Below the pieces are notes generated by a model, which searched no databases, was not told the origin of the DNA, and saw nothing but the letters and a program-made list of their open reading frames with translations. Of a DNA stretch of 64,000 bases, positions 40,001 to 50,679 are shown in pieces. A program made the translations under genes and the position numbers. The DNA lies in assembly GCA_043228905.1 (NCBI GenBank), contig JBHGNT010000017.1, positions 7,378,001 through 7,442,000 of the forward strand, written 5' to 3'. Each line of letters begins with the position of its first letter. The stretch's first letter is position 1. Origin of the DNA: Azolla caroliniana (lineage: Eukaryota; Plantae; Polypodiophyta).

Positions 40001-40644
40001 GTACCAGCTTTTACCTTGTCAAATACATCGTCATAAGGATGATATTTTGCCGGAAGTTGTACTGAGGAGTCCTTCTTAATAGTGCTGGAAGGATGTACTG
40101 ATATTGCAAATAGGAACATTGCCTCCTTGTGTCCTTCTTCGCGTAATTGATGGAGTGAAATGGTCGAAACTCGGTGAGTAGATTCTTGGGGTGGTCGATA
40201 TCGGACTTCTCTTGTTCTCCAATGTATGGCTAGATTATGTAATTCAAACAAAGGTAATCCTAGGACAATGGGATGCTCTGGACTACTACTTATATTAAAT
40301 GATACTAAAAACACAAAACTACCTAGGACAACTTGAATGGGTTTTGATTCTCCTACAATATTCCCGGAAGCAATGGGACGACCATCAATGACTACTACAG
40401 ATGCGAGACAAGGAAGTTTTCTTAAGGATATCTGAGAAGCTTGGGCAAAATTTCGATCCATGAAACAGGAATAAGCTCCGAAATCTAAAAGTGCTAGGAC
40501 AGGTACTGGGGGAGTACTTTTAGTACCAACAATGACTTGGGCTAGGAACACATTGCTAACTTGCTTGGAAGGAATGGAACCACTAAATGGGTTGTACAGA
40601 TCTAGGGCTGCTATCCAACCAAACGACTACTATTTTGGCTGAAC
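37071..40644 (-). pseudogene. Chromovirus 1 pol (PR-RT-RH-INT-chromodomain), disrupted
   Basis: ORFs 39892-40551, 39340-39873, 38731-39129, 37467-38435 and 37071-37333 are separated by stops and frameshifts. Confidence 0.93.
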
Positions 40645-41784
40645 TCAATCGTTTAACTCTTCATATAATTGACTAAGGATTTCAAATTTGTTTGAGATAC
40701 TTGGGTTATTAGTACTATGAATACTATCTGACACTCTATTAGTACTATTAATACTATCATACACTCCGAAGGGAAGAATTGACTCGGGTTTAGTACAGGT
40801 GACAATTTGATTTACCTGTCTTCTTGGTCGATGGGGACAATTGATGGCGATATGCCATGGTCGACCGCAATAAATACATAATCGATTGGCATGTCGTCGT
40901 TGCTTTTCTTCTTTCGATAACGGGCTGCGTTGACGCATGGTGTCGATCTCCATCGGTGTCGGAATATTGGCTTGAGGTACATCGCGTGCAAACGGTTTAC
41001 CCGTGACTAAGGCGTATGTGGGTTCCGGCCGAGAGCATGGTATTTGTAACTGACATTCCGAATGCTGTTCGAAAAGGTGGTTGTCGCATCGGACCGCTCG
41101 ACTGATTGCCTCCGTAAGAGACTTTGGTTCTTCGGGGAAGGTTAAAAGCAAGTCTTTGACATCGTTGCGCAAGCCGTAGCGAAACTGCTCCATGAGGGCC
41201 TGATCATCCCAGGGGATATCTGAGGCGAGTAGACGGAAATCCGCCACATAGGCAGAGGCTGGACGATCACCTTGACACAATCTTCGGATCTTGTTGTCGG
41301 TATCTCCAAAGCAAGCTTTAAACTCAGCAATAAAATCTTCCAAGTTATTAAGCAAGGGCGATTGTTTTTCTAGAAGCGGAGTGAACCATGCCAAGGCTAA
41401 GCCGCTAAGTAACGTGCCTATTAGACCGACTCGAGATGCATCAGTGGGATATTGGGAAAGATGCATCTGGATGACTAAGCGTACCTGATTAAGGAATCCC
41501 CGGAATTGCGATCGTGTTCCATCAAATTTCACAGAAAGTCCAATCTTGGGCTCTTTATGAAATACTTGGGAACTTGATCCTTGTTGTTGCAACGCTGCTT
41601 CGAGTTGTTGTACCCGTAACGCTAACTCCCCATATTGTTGTTGCGTTTGTTGTTTTTCTAGAGCGATTTGTTGCAGATCCCCTATCAACCGTTGGTTTTC
41701 TTGTTCCAGGGCAACGAACTTTTCTTTTAGACACTGTAGCTCAGAGAAAACGGATTGATATTCTTGGGTGCTAACAGTAGCCAT
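40645..41784 (-). CDS. Chromovirus 1 gag (open frame; coiled coil, capsid, zinc knuckle)
   Basis: ATG at 41784 (MATVSTQEY); EPKIGL..KFDG, LLSGLALAWF, QGDRPASAY, PTPMEID and CIYCGRPWHIAINC motifs. Confidence 0.85.
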   Translation of the reverse strand: MATVSTQEYQSVFSELQCLKEKFVALEQENQRLIGDLQQIALEKQQTQQQYGELALRVQQLEAALQQQGSSSQVFHKEPKIGLSVKFDGTRSQFRGFLNQVRLVIQMHLSQYPTDASRVGLIGTLLSGLALAWFTPLLEKQSPLLNNLEDFIAEFKACFGDTDNKIRRLCQGDRPASAYVADFRLLASDIPWDDQALMEQFRYGLRNDVKDLLLTFPEEPKSLTEAISRAVRCDNHLFEQHSECQLQIPCSRPEPTYALVTGKPFARDVPQANIPTPMEIDTMRQRSPLSKEEKQRRHANRLCIYCGRPWHIAINCPHRPRRQVNQIVTCTKPESILPFGVYDSINSTNRVSDSIHSTNNPSISNKFEILSQLYEELND

Positions 41785-43399
41785 AGTATAGAAAAAGGAT
41801 AGGAGGAGGAGGGAAAACGACAAGTGGACTTGAGGAAGGCAAAAATTGGTTCAAACTGTCAGGAATAGTACTAAACAAAGAGAGAATTAGTACTAGAGAA
41901 GAGAAGTACTATTAGTACTAAGAGGACGGGATTGCGTAAGATTCCCGAGAGAGGAAGTGAGAAGAGGAGAGAGAAAGAGATAGCAAGAATGAGAGAGAGA
42001 GAAAGATGATGACAACAACTAATATATTATGTGAAAGATAAGTACAAAGTGGCTAAGAGGCTTAAGACTAGCGTTGAACCAATTTGGTTCAACATAATGC
42101 CTAGTGCCTTCTTTTATAGTGTTCTCAGGAGTAATCTTGAAACTTCTAGAATGTTCCAGAGAAATCTGGGATATACATTACTTTCTTATAATAAAGCATA
42201 AATGAAAATAATATCCTATGAAGTACAATTGCCATATCGTGACAACTACTTGCTATGAGTGCAGCCAAAAGATGGGTTCTGCACCACATGGATGTAAAAA
42301 ATGCTTTCTTACATGGTAACTTAGAAGAAGAAGTGCATATGTGTTAACCACCAGGTTTTGAAGATAGGAAGCATCCTGAATATGTTTGTAAGCTGAAAAA
42401 GGCTCTCTATGGACTGAAACAAGCACCGAGAGCATGGCACGGGAAACTTTCAGAATCTCTAAAAAAATTTCCTTTCAAAATGTCAAAGGTTGATCCTTCA
42501 TAATAAGTAAAGAAGATAAATGATTGCATTGTTGTGATCTTGATATATGTTGATGATCTAATCATTGGAGCTGAATCTATGGAAGAGATAAGTAAGTTGA
42601 AGAGAAATTTGGAAATGCAATTTCAGATGAAGGATTTGGGAGATCTGAGATACTTTCTTGGCATTGAGATGATAAGATCTGAGAGTGGTATATATATGTT
42701 GCAAAAACAGTATGCAACAACTATGTTGAAGAAGTATGGTATGCTTGGATGCAAACCTATTGGTATACCACTAGAGAAGAACTGCAAATTGAGGGCTGAT
42801 TTCGGAGCCGAAATAGAAGATGTAAACATGTATAGGTCTATGGTAGGCAACCTCATATATTTGACCATAACAAGACCTGATTTGAGTTATGTTATTGGAT
42901 TAGTCAGCCAGTTTATGCAACAGCCAACAAAGCCACATGTGGACTGCATTAGAAGAATCTTGAGGTATGTAAAAGCTACTAAGAATTATGGACTGTTTTA
43001 CAGGGCTGATTTTGACATAAACCTAGAAGGATATACAGATGTTGATTGGGCTTGAAGCCAAACTGACAGAAGATCCATAAGTGGATATATGTTTACATTG
43101 GGAAGTGCAGCTATTTCATGGAGTAGCAAGAAACAAGCTACTGTTGCATTGTCAAGTACTGAAACTAAGTATAGAGGAGTTGCAATACCTACCTGTGAAG
43201 AGGTATGGATCAGAAGATTGCTTTCTGATTTGGGAGAATATATAGATGGTGTTGTCACAATTTGGTGTGACAATATGCGCAGCATTCGGCTGGCAAAAAA
43301 CCATGTGTTCCATGCAAGAACAAAACACATTGAAGTGCATTATCACTTTGTTAGAGAAAAAGTGATTGATGGAGAAGTGGATCTGTTGTATATAAGTAC

Positions 43400-43777
43400 T
43401 GTTGAGAATCAAGCTCAACTTGGTCTAGTGTGTGAACTGACCTTGAGAGTGAAGAGACACCTCAACGGTCAAGAGTCACCATTATGTCACCACTTTGTAT
43501 TCTAGCATTTAGTATGAGTCATAGAATCATATTCTATGACACATAACTTATGAGCTTTCACATTCCCCATGCTCCATGAGCCTTGTAGTTAATGAAGAGA
43601 GAGGGTGACTACATAAAGCACCCTCCTCCCACCTTGTATAATGTTGAGTCTTTCTCCATTGCTAATATACTTTTAACCTTGTGTATACTCTCTCTCTCTC
43701 TCTCTCTATCTCTATCTCACACACACACAGTTCACACCTATTCCGCTTCACAAGAATCCATCTCTTGATTATTTACA
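43400..43777 (+). mobile_element. Solo LTR of copia family B in copia A RNase H
   Basis: TGTTGAGAATC...TTTACA is the reverse complement of the B LTRs; perfect TSD AGTAC. Confidence 0.93.
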
Positions 43778-44671
43778 AGTACAAATCAACAAGTGGCTGA
43801 TACTCTTACGAAGGGATTGAGCATGGAAAAACATACACAGTTTAGAGACATGATGGGAGTTATAACCATTGGCATGGTAGCTGAAAAGCATGAAGAAAAG
43901 AAGATTGAAGATGATCCCAAGAAAGGATAAGTTGAGCGTGAGGGGGAGTGTTGAGAAGCAAGCTCAACAAAGGTATGTGATTCTTATTGAAATAAGCTAT
44001 AGTAGCTAATTAGCTAATTAGCTACTAGTGGATATAAAGGTGAAACAACTATTTAGCTATGCACAACTATTTAGCTACAGACAGCTAATTAGCTACTGGC
44101 AGCTAACTAGCTGCATGTATAAGTCATTTATGTACGTAAGTAAAAATTAAGTAGTAAGTAGTAAGAGGAGAAGAGTGAGAGTAAGAATAGAAAAAAATAG
44201 AAAACAGACGAGAGCGAGTCGAGCTCTGCGTGTAATGCAATAGAAGTTTTTGGACTGTGTAGAGGTAAGTCCCATTCCCCTTCCCTTTTCTGTCTTGAGC
44301 ACTAATCGATCTAGCACATCATGATCCGATGTACACACAGAAGAGTTGTAGTGCCTTCGTAACATAATGTAACGGTAAATAATGACCGTTATAAAAGAGA
44401 CGATCGTTACACTCTTGTCACATGCACATAATTGTGCATGTGCTCACACATACTCATCCTCACACACTCGTATACATATTACATATTACAGACCACACCA
44501 TACACATTACACCCTATTCATTCCGTACACCCATACAAATAACATCAAGCTACACGTCTTTTACCTCCGGAATGAGGTTATCTTCTTCAAGTCTTCTCAT
44601 CCCTTTCTGGCTGATGTGACACAACCTTTTCTGTCCCAACTCATCGGCATTGTCGGATGCCACGTTCACTT

Positions 44672-45165
44672 CTTCCTTTGCAAAACTTCATGAGTCTGTT
44701 CCGTGTAGCCTTCATCATCTAGCCACCCGGCTGATATCAGATTCAACCGAACCTCCGAAATGTGTCACACATCTTTCAACAACACCTTACACCCGGTTGA
44801 TGTCTTCAACCACATGTCTCCTATGCCGAGAATTCGGCATGCACCTTCATTTCCCATCCAGACAGAACCGTAATCTCCGGCTCTGTACGTTGAGAAGCAT
44901 TTTCGGTTGGGGGTCAGATGGAGGCAAATCCGACCAAGTATCAAGTATAGTGTGTTGATCTTCTGAGCTCGGGCCACAATCACGCTTCCTTTGCAAAACT
45001 TCATGAGTCCGTTCCCAGTATCCTTCATCATCTAGTCACCCGGCTGATATCAGATTCAACCGAACCTCCGGAACGTGTCACACATCTTTCAACAGCACCT
45101 TACTCCCGGTTGATGTCTTCAACCACACGTCTCCTATGCTGAGAATTCGGCATGCACCTTCATTT
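44672..45165. repeat. Local duplication of about 250 bp within D protease / pre-integrase region
   Basis: 44672-44922 repeats from 44985; the second copy continues at 45826-45870 and 50685-50709 after the nested insertions. Confidence 0.85.
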
Positions 45166-45820
45166 TGTTGGGAACTCGACGTTCCTTATGTCCGACGCTC
45201 GGCCACAACCGAGATTCTTTTCATACACAGAAAACAGGTAATGAAACGCGACACAAAAGGAAAAAGAAGAGGAGAAATGGTACACAGGAGGTATACGTGG
45301 AAAACCCCAAAATAGGGGAAAAACCACGGCAGCCCACAAGCTGCAAACTGTCACTATGCAGAAATATACAACAGTGAGATCACTGAGGCAACGACCTCGT
45401 GTTCTCAGATCTTCGCCACAGGCGGCGGTTACAACAGAGGCAACGACCTCGTCTCTCTCTCTCTCTCTCTGTCTCTCTGTACAGTTACGCGCTCTGATTT
45501 CTTCTTGCACCAACAAGAAAGAATAACAACACATACATAAGTTTGCCCTAAGTCATATTTATACTAATATGACTTTTCGGCTATTTACAAATGTAGCCTC
45601 GATGGGCTCCATCCGGCTCTCCGCAGTCGGGTACTCCTCATCCGGTTCATACCGGGCCTACACCATCCGACTCTCCGCAGTCGGGTACTCCTCATCCGGT
45701 TCATACCGGGCCTACACCATCCGACTCTCCGAAGTCGGGTTCTCCCCATTCGGTTCATACCGAGTTTGTTCGTCGGCACTGTTCTTCTCCTTCCCATCCG
45801 GAGGGACCTGTCTACCAACA
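45166..45820 (-). mobile_element. Solo LTR of family H (54-bp unit, about 3 copies)
   Basis: TGTTGG...CCAACA ends; perfect TSD CATTT. Confidence 0.92.
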
Positions 45821-45870
45821 CATTTCCCATCCAGACAGAACCGTAATCTATGGCTTTGTACGTTGAGAAG

Positions 45871-45928
45871 TGTAAAGAATCAAGAGATGGATTCTTGTGA
45901 AGAGGAAGAGATGTGAGTTATGTGTGTG

Positions 45929-45992
<64 letters not shown>

Positions 45993-48900
45993 ATACAGAG
46001 AATACGTAAGGTAAAAGTATATTGACAAGGAGAAAGACTCAACATTCTACAAGGTGGGAGGAGGGTGCTTTATGTAGTCACCCTCTCTCTTCATTAACTA
46101 CAAGACTCATGGAGCATGGGGAATGTGAAAGCTCATAAGTTATGTGTCATAGAATATGATTCTATGACTCATACTAAATGCTGGAATACAAAGTGGTGAC
46201 ATAATGGTGACTCTTGACCGTTAGAGTGTCTCTTCACTCTCAAGGTCAGTTCACACACTAGACCAAGTTGAGCTTGATTCTCGACACGCCCCCTCAAGCT
46301 CAAGTCGGGTCGGTTTCAGACGGTATCTGAAATCCGCTTCAACTCGCGTTCTGGAGTCCGCGTCGACTCGTGTCGACTCGCATGTATGTGGAGTTGCGGA
46401 ATCCGTGCTCCAGCTTGCGTTGTGCATAGTTGCGAAGTCTGTGCTTCGGCTTGCATCTTTCTTCGTGGCTTTGTTGCGTGGTTGCGGAATCCACGCATTA
46501 TTGCGTAGAGTCTTCAGTACTCCCCCTCAAGCTTGGCAGGTCAGGGATCGTCAATCCGAGATCGATCATGAATTGCCATGGCTTGTCGGTTCCTAAGGCT
46601 TTAGTGAAGATGTCAGCCGTTTGAAGATTGGTGCTAATGTGTTGTAGGTTGACATCGCCTGCTAGAACGCGCTCTCGGATGAAGTGATAGTGCACTTCGA
46701 TGTGCTTTGTCCGCGCGTGGAACACCGGGTTCCGAGCCAGATAGATACTGATCATGTTGTCGCAGTAAAGGGAAGTCGAATCCTTGATGGGTATGCCCAG
46801 ATCCTTCAAAATCTTCTTGAGCCATACGACTTCACACACATCTATGGCTGCGCCCCTGTATTTCGACTCCATACTCGAAAGAGCGACGGTGGGCTGCTTC
46901 TTGCTACTCCAGGATATTGCTCCACTGCTGAGGGATAAAACAAATCCAGAGGTTGATCTTCTATCAGCTTTGTAGCCGGCCCAATTGGCGTCCGTGTACC
47001 CCTCGAGTCGTATTGGCATCGCAGTCTTGTAGAGGATGCTGTAATCCATTGTGCCGCTGACGTATCGTAGAACTCGCTTAGCGCAATCCAAGTGAGTATC
47101 ACACGGTGTTTGCATGAATTGGCTAAGGAGACCGGCTGGATAACAAAGATCAGGTCGTGTGATCGTGAGGTAGATGAGACTCCCGATGAGTTGCGGATAC
47201 TGAGTCGGCTCACAAGCTTTGGTGCCGGAGTTCGCATCTAGTTTGAGATTACGATCAAGCAGGGTTGCCATGGATTTGCACTCAGCCATCCCGAATTTGT
47301 ATAACAAGTTGAGGATGTAGTGTCGTTGAGAGATCATGATTCCGTCCGGACTCCGAATTACCTCAATGCCGAGGAAGTAGTGGAGCACCTTCATGTTCGT
47401 CATCTCGAACTTGTCGGAAAGGAGGGCTTTGACTTTATTCATTTCAACGAGATGCTCACCTCCAATGACTAGGTCATCCACATATAAAATGATGAAGATC
47501 GGACTTGCGGAATCGCTTCGTATGTAGAGGGAGTTGTCCGATTTTGACATACGGAAACCAATTTGATGCCGTAGAGTCGACGCCATGTGTCTGGACACCA
47601 TGTGTCTGAGCAGTTGATGAACCGTCCGCATTGTACTTCACTTTGTAGATCCATCTGCATCCAATCGCCTTTTTGTGCGGTGAGGTGGGAACGAGATCCC
47701 ATGTCTCGTTCTTCCGTAGTGCTTGCATCTCCTCGTTCATTGCTTCGATCCATCACGGGTCCTTCACGGCTTCCGAAAAGGTTTCCGGCTCCCGTACTGT
47801 CGCTACCTTCATCATAAAGGCGTAATGGTACGCCATATAATCGTCGTAGCCGAATCGGCTTACGGGGTTCTTTTCACGAGTGGATCGGCGGAGCTTTTCA
47901 TTTGCAGAGATGAGGGCTTTCTTTGCTCCGATTGGTACCTCGAAACCGCCAAACTCACTGTCGAGTGAGTGAGTTGACTCATTGTTGGTGAAGCAATCGT
48001 CTTCGTATTCCACCATTTTCGCCTTGCCTTTGTCCATCTTCGGACTAGGCCGTGATGTGCTTTGATCGCTCAAAGGCTCCTTCATCCTCTATCTCTTGTT
48101 CGGTGGATTTCGGGTCGAGCAGGGTCGGAGTCGAAGTTGTCTTTGGTGCGTACCAGGATGCAGACTCGTCAAAGACGACGTCTTGACTTACCCGAGATTT
48201 TCGAGTTGAGGGGTTGTAGCACTTGTACCCCTTTTGCTCCAGTGAGTATCCTACAAGGATACATTTCTCCGACTTCGGGTCGAGCTTTTGACGTTTCTTG
48301 TCGGGGATGTGCAGGTACGCAATGGAGCCGAATATCCGAACAAGTGATAGGTTCGGCTTCTTTCCGAAGAATCTTTCGTGCGGAGTGACCTCGTGCACGC
48401 CGGATGTTGTGCACCAGTTCATTAGGTAGACAGCCGTATTTGCCGCTTCGGCCCAATATGACTTGGGCATATGCTTCTCGTTCATCATGGCCCGCACTAC
48501 TTCGAGGATGTGCTGATTTTTGCACTCGGCTACTTTGTTTTGTTGTGGAGTATGTCGGCAAGTGAATTCTCGCCGAATTCCTTCCTTTCGGAGATACGTC
48601 ATGAAATTGTCCAAGAAGTACTCCTTGCCGCCATCCGATCGAAGGCATCGTACATGTCGGCCCATGGCTTTCTCGACTTCATTCTTGAAATTTTGGAAGT
48701 GTTCGAACACTTCGCTCTTTTGCCGCATCGGGTAGATCCAAGTGTGCCTAGAGAAGTCGTCGATGAAGAGCACGTAATATCGGTATCTGCCGAATGTAGC
48801 CGTCTGTGCCGGTCCCCATACGTCGGAATGGACTATGTCGAGTAGACCTTTGCTCACATTCCGCTCTTTCGGGAATGGGTGTCGGTGTTGCTTGCCGAAT

Positions 48901-50337
48901 TGGCACTCTTCGCATACACCTTCAATCTCCTTCTCTTTGAATGTCGGGAGTCCAATGACGACTCCTTTAGATTTCATTGCTTTGAGTTTGTTGAGATTGA
49001 TGTGGCCGATTCGCTTGTGCCATAGCTCTATGTCGGAGTCGGGTTTTGTGTTTTTCGCGAACATGGCGGATTTCATCTCGCGTCGAGAATGAACATCCGG
49101 CCCTCTCTTCGTCCGCGTGTGATGAGTTGGCCCTCTTTTTCGATGAAACAACCACCTTGATTTAATCGAACTTGCATCCCTTGCTCTACAATTTGGCCGA
49201 CGGAGACTAAATTCTTCGTAATGGTTGGTACATGCAAGACATTTTTAATGTAATTTTTCTTACCTTCTTTTCCGAACGGAACATTGCCAATGTGCCGAAT
49301 CGGGTGCGTAGTGTCGTCTCCGGTTTCGACATAGCCGGGTCGGTCCAACTCTTGAAGTTCTCGGAACCATTCTTGATGCGATGTCATATGGTTCGAGGCA
49401 CCGGAATGGACGAACCATACGTCTTCCGGACCAGAGGCACTAGTTAAGGTAGCGGCCGACATAGAGTTTGCTCTATGTTTCATCATGAACATTCCGCCAC
49501 GGTCAGAGTTGTGCGCATACATTCCGCCACGATCTTCGTAGTCGGAGTTATGCCCGTACATTTCGCCATGGTCGGAGTTGTGTGCATACATTCCGCCACG
49601 ATCTTCGTAGTTGGAGTTGTCTTCGTAATTCGTGAGTTGTCGGCTTGTGGAAGCCGATTCACGCATCTTCTTTCGGCACTCTTCTTTGTGGTGGCCGAAC
49701 TTTCCGCAATATCTGCATTCGGTTGCGTTTTGACAGCTCGGGCCGGAGTGGAAGTTCCCCCTTCTTGCGAAGGTTCCTCATTGGCCTCTGTTTTGCGGCC
49801 GAAATTGGGAATTGTTGTTGTAGGTCGGACCTCGTCCGCCTTGTCCTTGGCCGAATCGACCTCTCGCTCATCTGCGTCCTCTTCCTCCATTAGAGTGCGT
49901 GTAGAGCATGTGGCCTTCCGACTCATTGCTCCTTGTATGCACGTGGTTTTCTTTGACCAATAACATTGATTGGAGCTCGAGGAAGGAGGGAGATTTCTCC
50001 CGTGCTAGAACAACGGTTCGCATCGCCCCGAACCGTGGTGCGAGGCCACGGAGGCATATTTGCACCATCTCATCATCATCTATACTCGGTAGGGAGAGCA
50101 CTCCCCATTTGAATATTCATTATGTCAATTCTTCTTCTTCTTCTTCTCTCTTCGAATGCGAGCTATGTAGCGAAGCTACGATAGCGATGAGCCGGTTCTT
50201 GGTCGTCGGCGTAGAGCACAACACACGATCATGATGAGGCGAATGGGCTAGATCGAGCTACCAAATCGCTCTGATACCATGTAAAGAATCAAGAGATGGA
50301 TTCTTGTGAAGCGGAAGAGATGTGAGTTATGTGTGTG

Positions 50338-50378
<41 letters not shown>

Positions 50379-50679
50379 GAGTGAAACACAGAGAATACGC
50401 AAGGTAAAAGTATATTGACAAGGAGAAAGACTCAACATTTTACAAGGTGGGAGGAGGGTGCTTTATGTAGTCACCCTCTCTCTTCATTAACTACAAGACT
50501 CATGGAGCATGGGGAATGTGAAAGCTCATAAGTTATGTGTCATAGAATATGATTCTATGACTCATACTAAATGCTAGAATACAAAGTGGTGACATAATGG
50601 TGACTCTTGACCGTTGGAGTGTCTCTTCACTCTCAAGGTGAGTTCACACACTAGACCAAGTTGAGCTTGATTCTCAACA
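45871..50679 (-). mobile_element. Ty1/copia element B with internal deletions
   Basis: LTRs 45871-46286 and 50280-50679 containing (GA)n; perfect TSD AGAAG; PBS TGGTATCAGAGC; INT ORF 48045-49151; RT/RH ORF 46498-47631. Confidence 0.95.

Larger units (their letters stand above)
36614..42244 (-). mobile_element. Ty3/gypsy chromovirus 1 (Tf1/sushi, Tcn1-like) inserted in copia A RT
   Basis: LTRs 36614-37059 and 41857-42244; perfect TSD ACTAC; PPT AAGGGGGAGATAG; order gag-PR-RT (YLDD)-RH (EADASDFALG)-INT (TDGQAERTNQ, GPF)-chromodomain (YLVDW...SERTWEP). Confidence 0.96.
31338..44364 (+). mobile_element. Full-length but decayed Ty1/copia element A with three nested insertions
   Basis: LTRs 31338-31761 and 43949-44364; perfect TSD TAATG; iMet-type PBS; PPT AGGGGGAG; gag, PR (WYVDSGASNHM), INT (VHTDVWGP, LRSDGG), RT (YVDDLII) and RNase H (HARTKHIEVHYHF). 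Confidence 0.95.
29395..44544. mobile_element. Non-autonomous LTR element C (about 2.1 kb net) inserted in D, carrying copia A in one LTR
   Basis: LTRs 29395-29737 and 31168-31337 plus 44370-44544; perfect TSD TCAAG (29390-29394 and 44545-44549); no retroelement ORF in the 1.43-kb interior. Confidence 0.88.
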
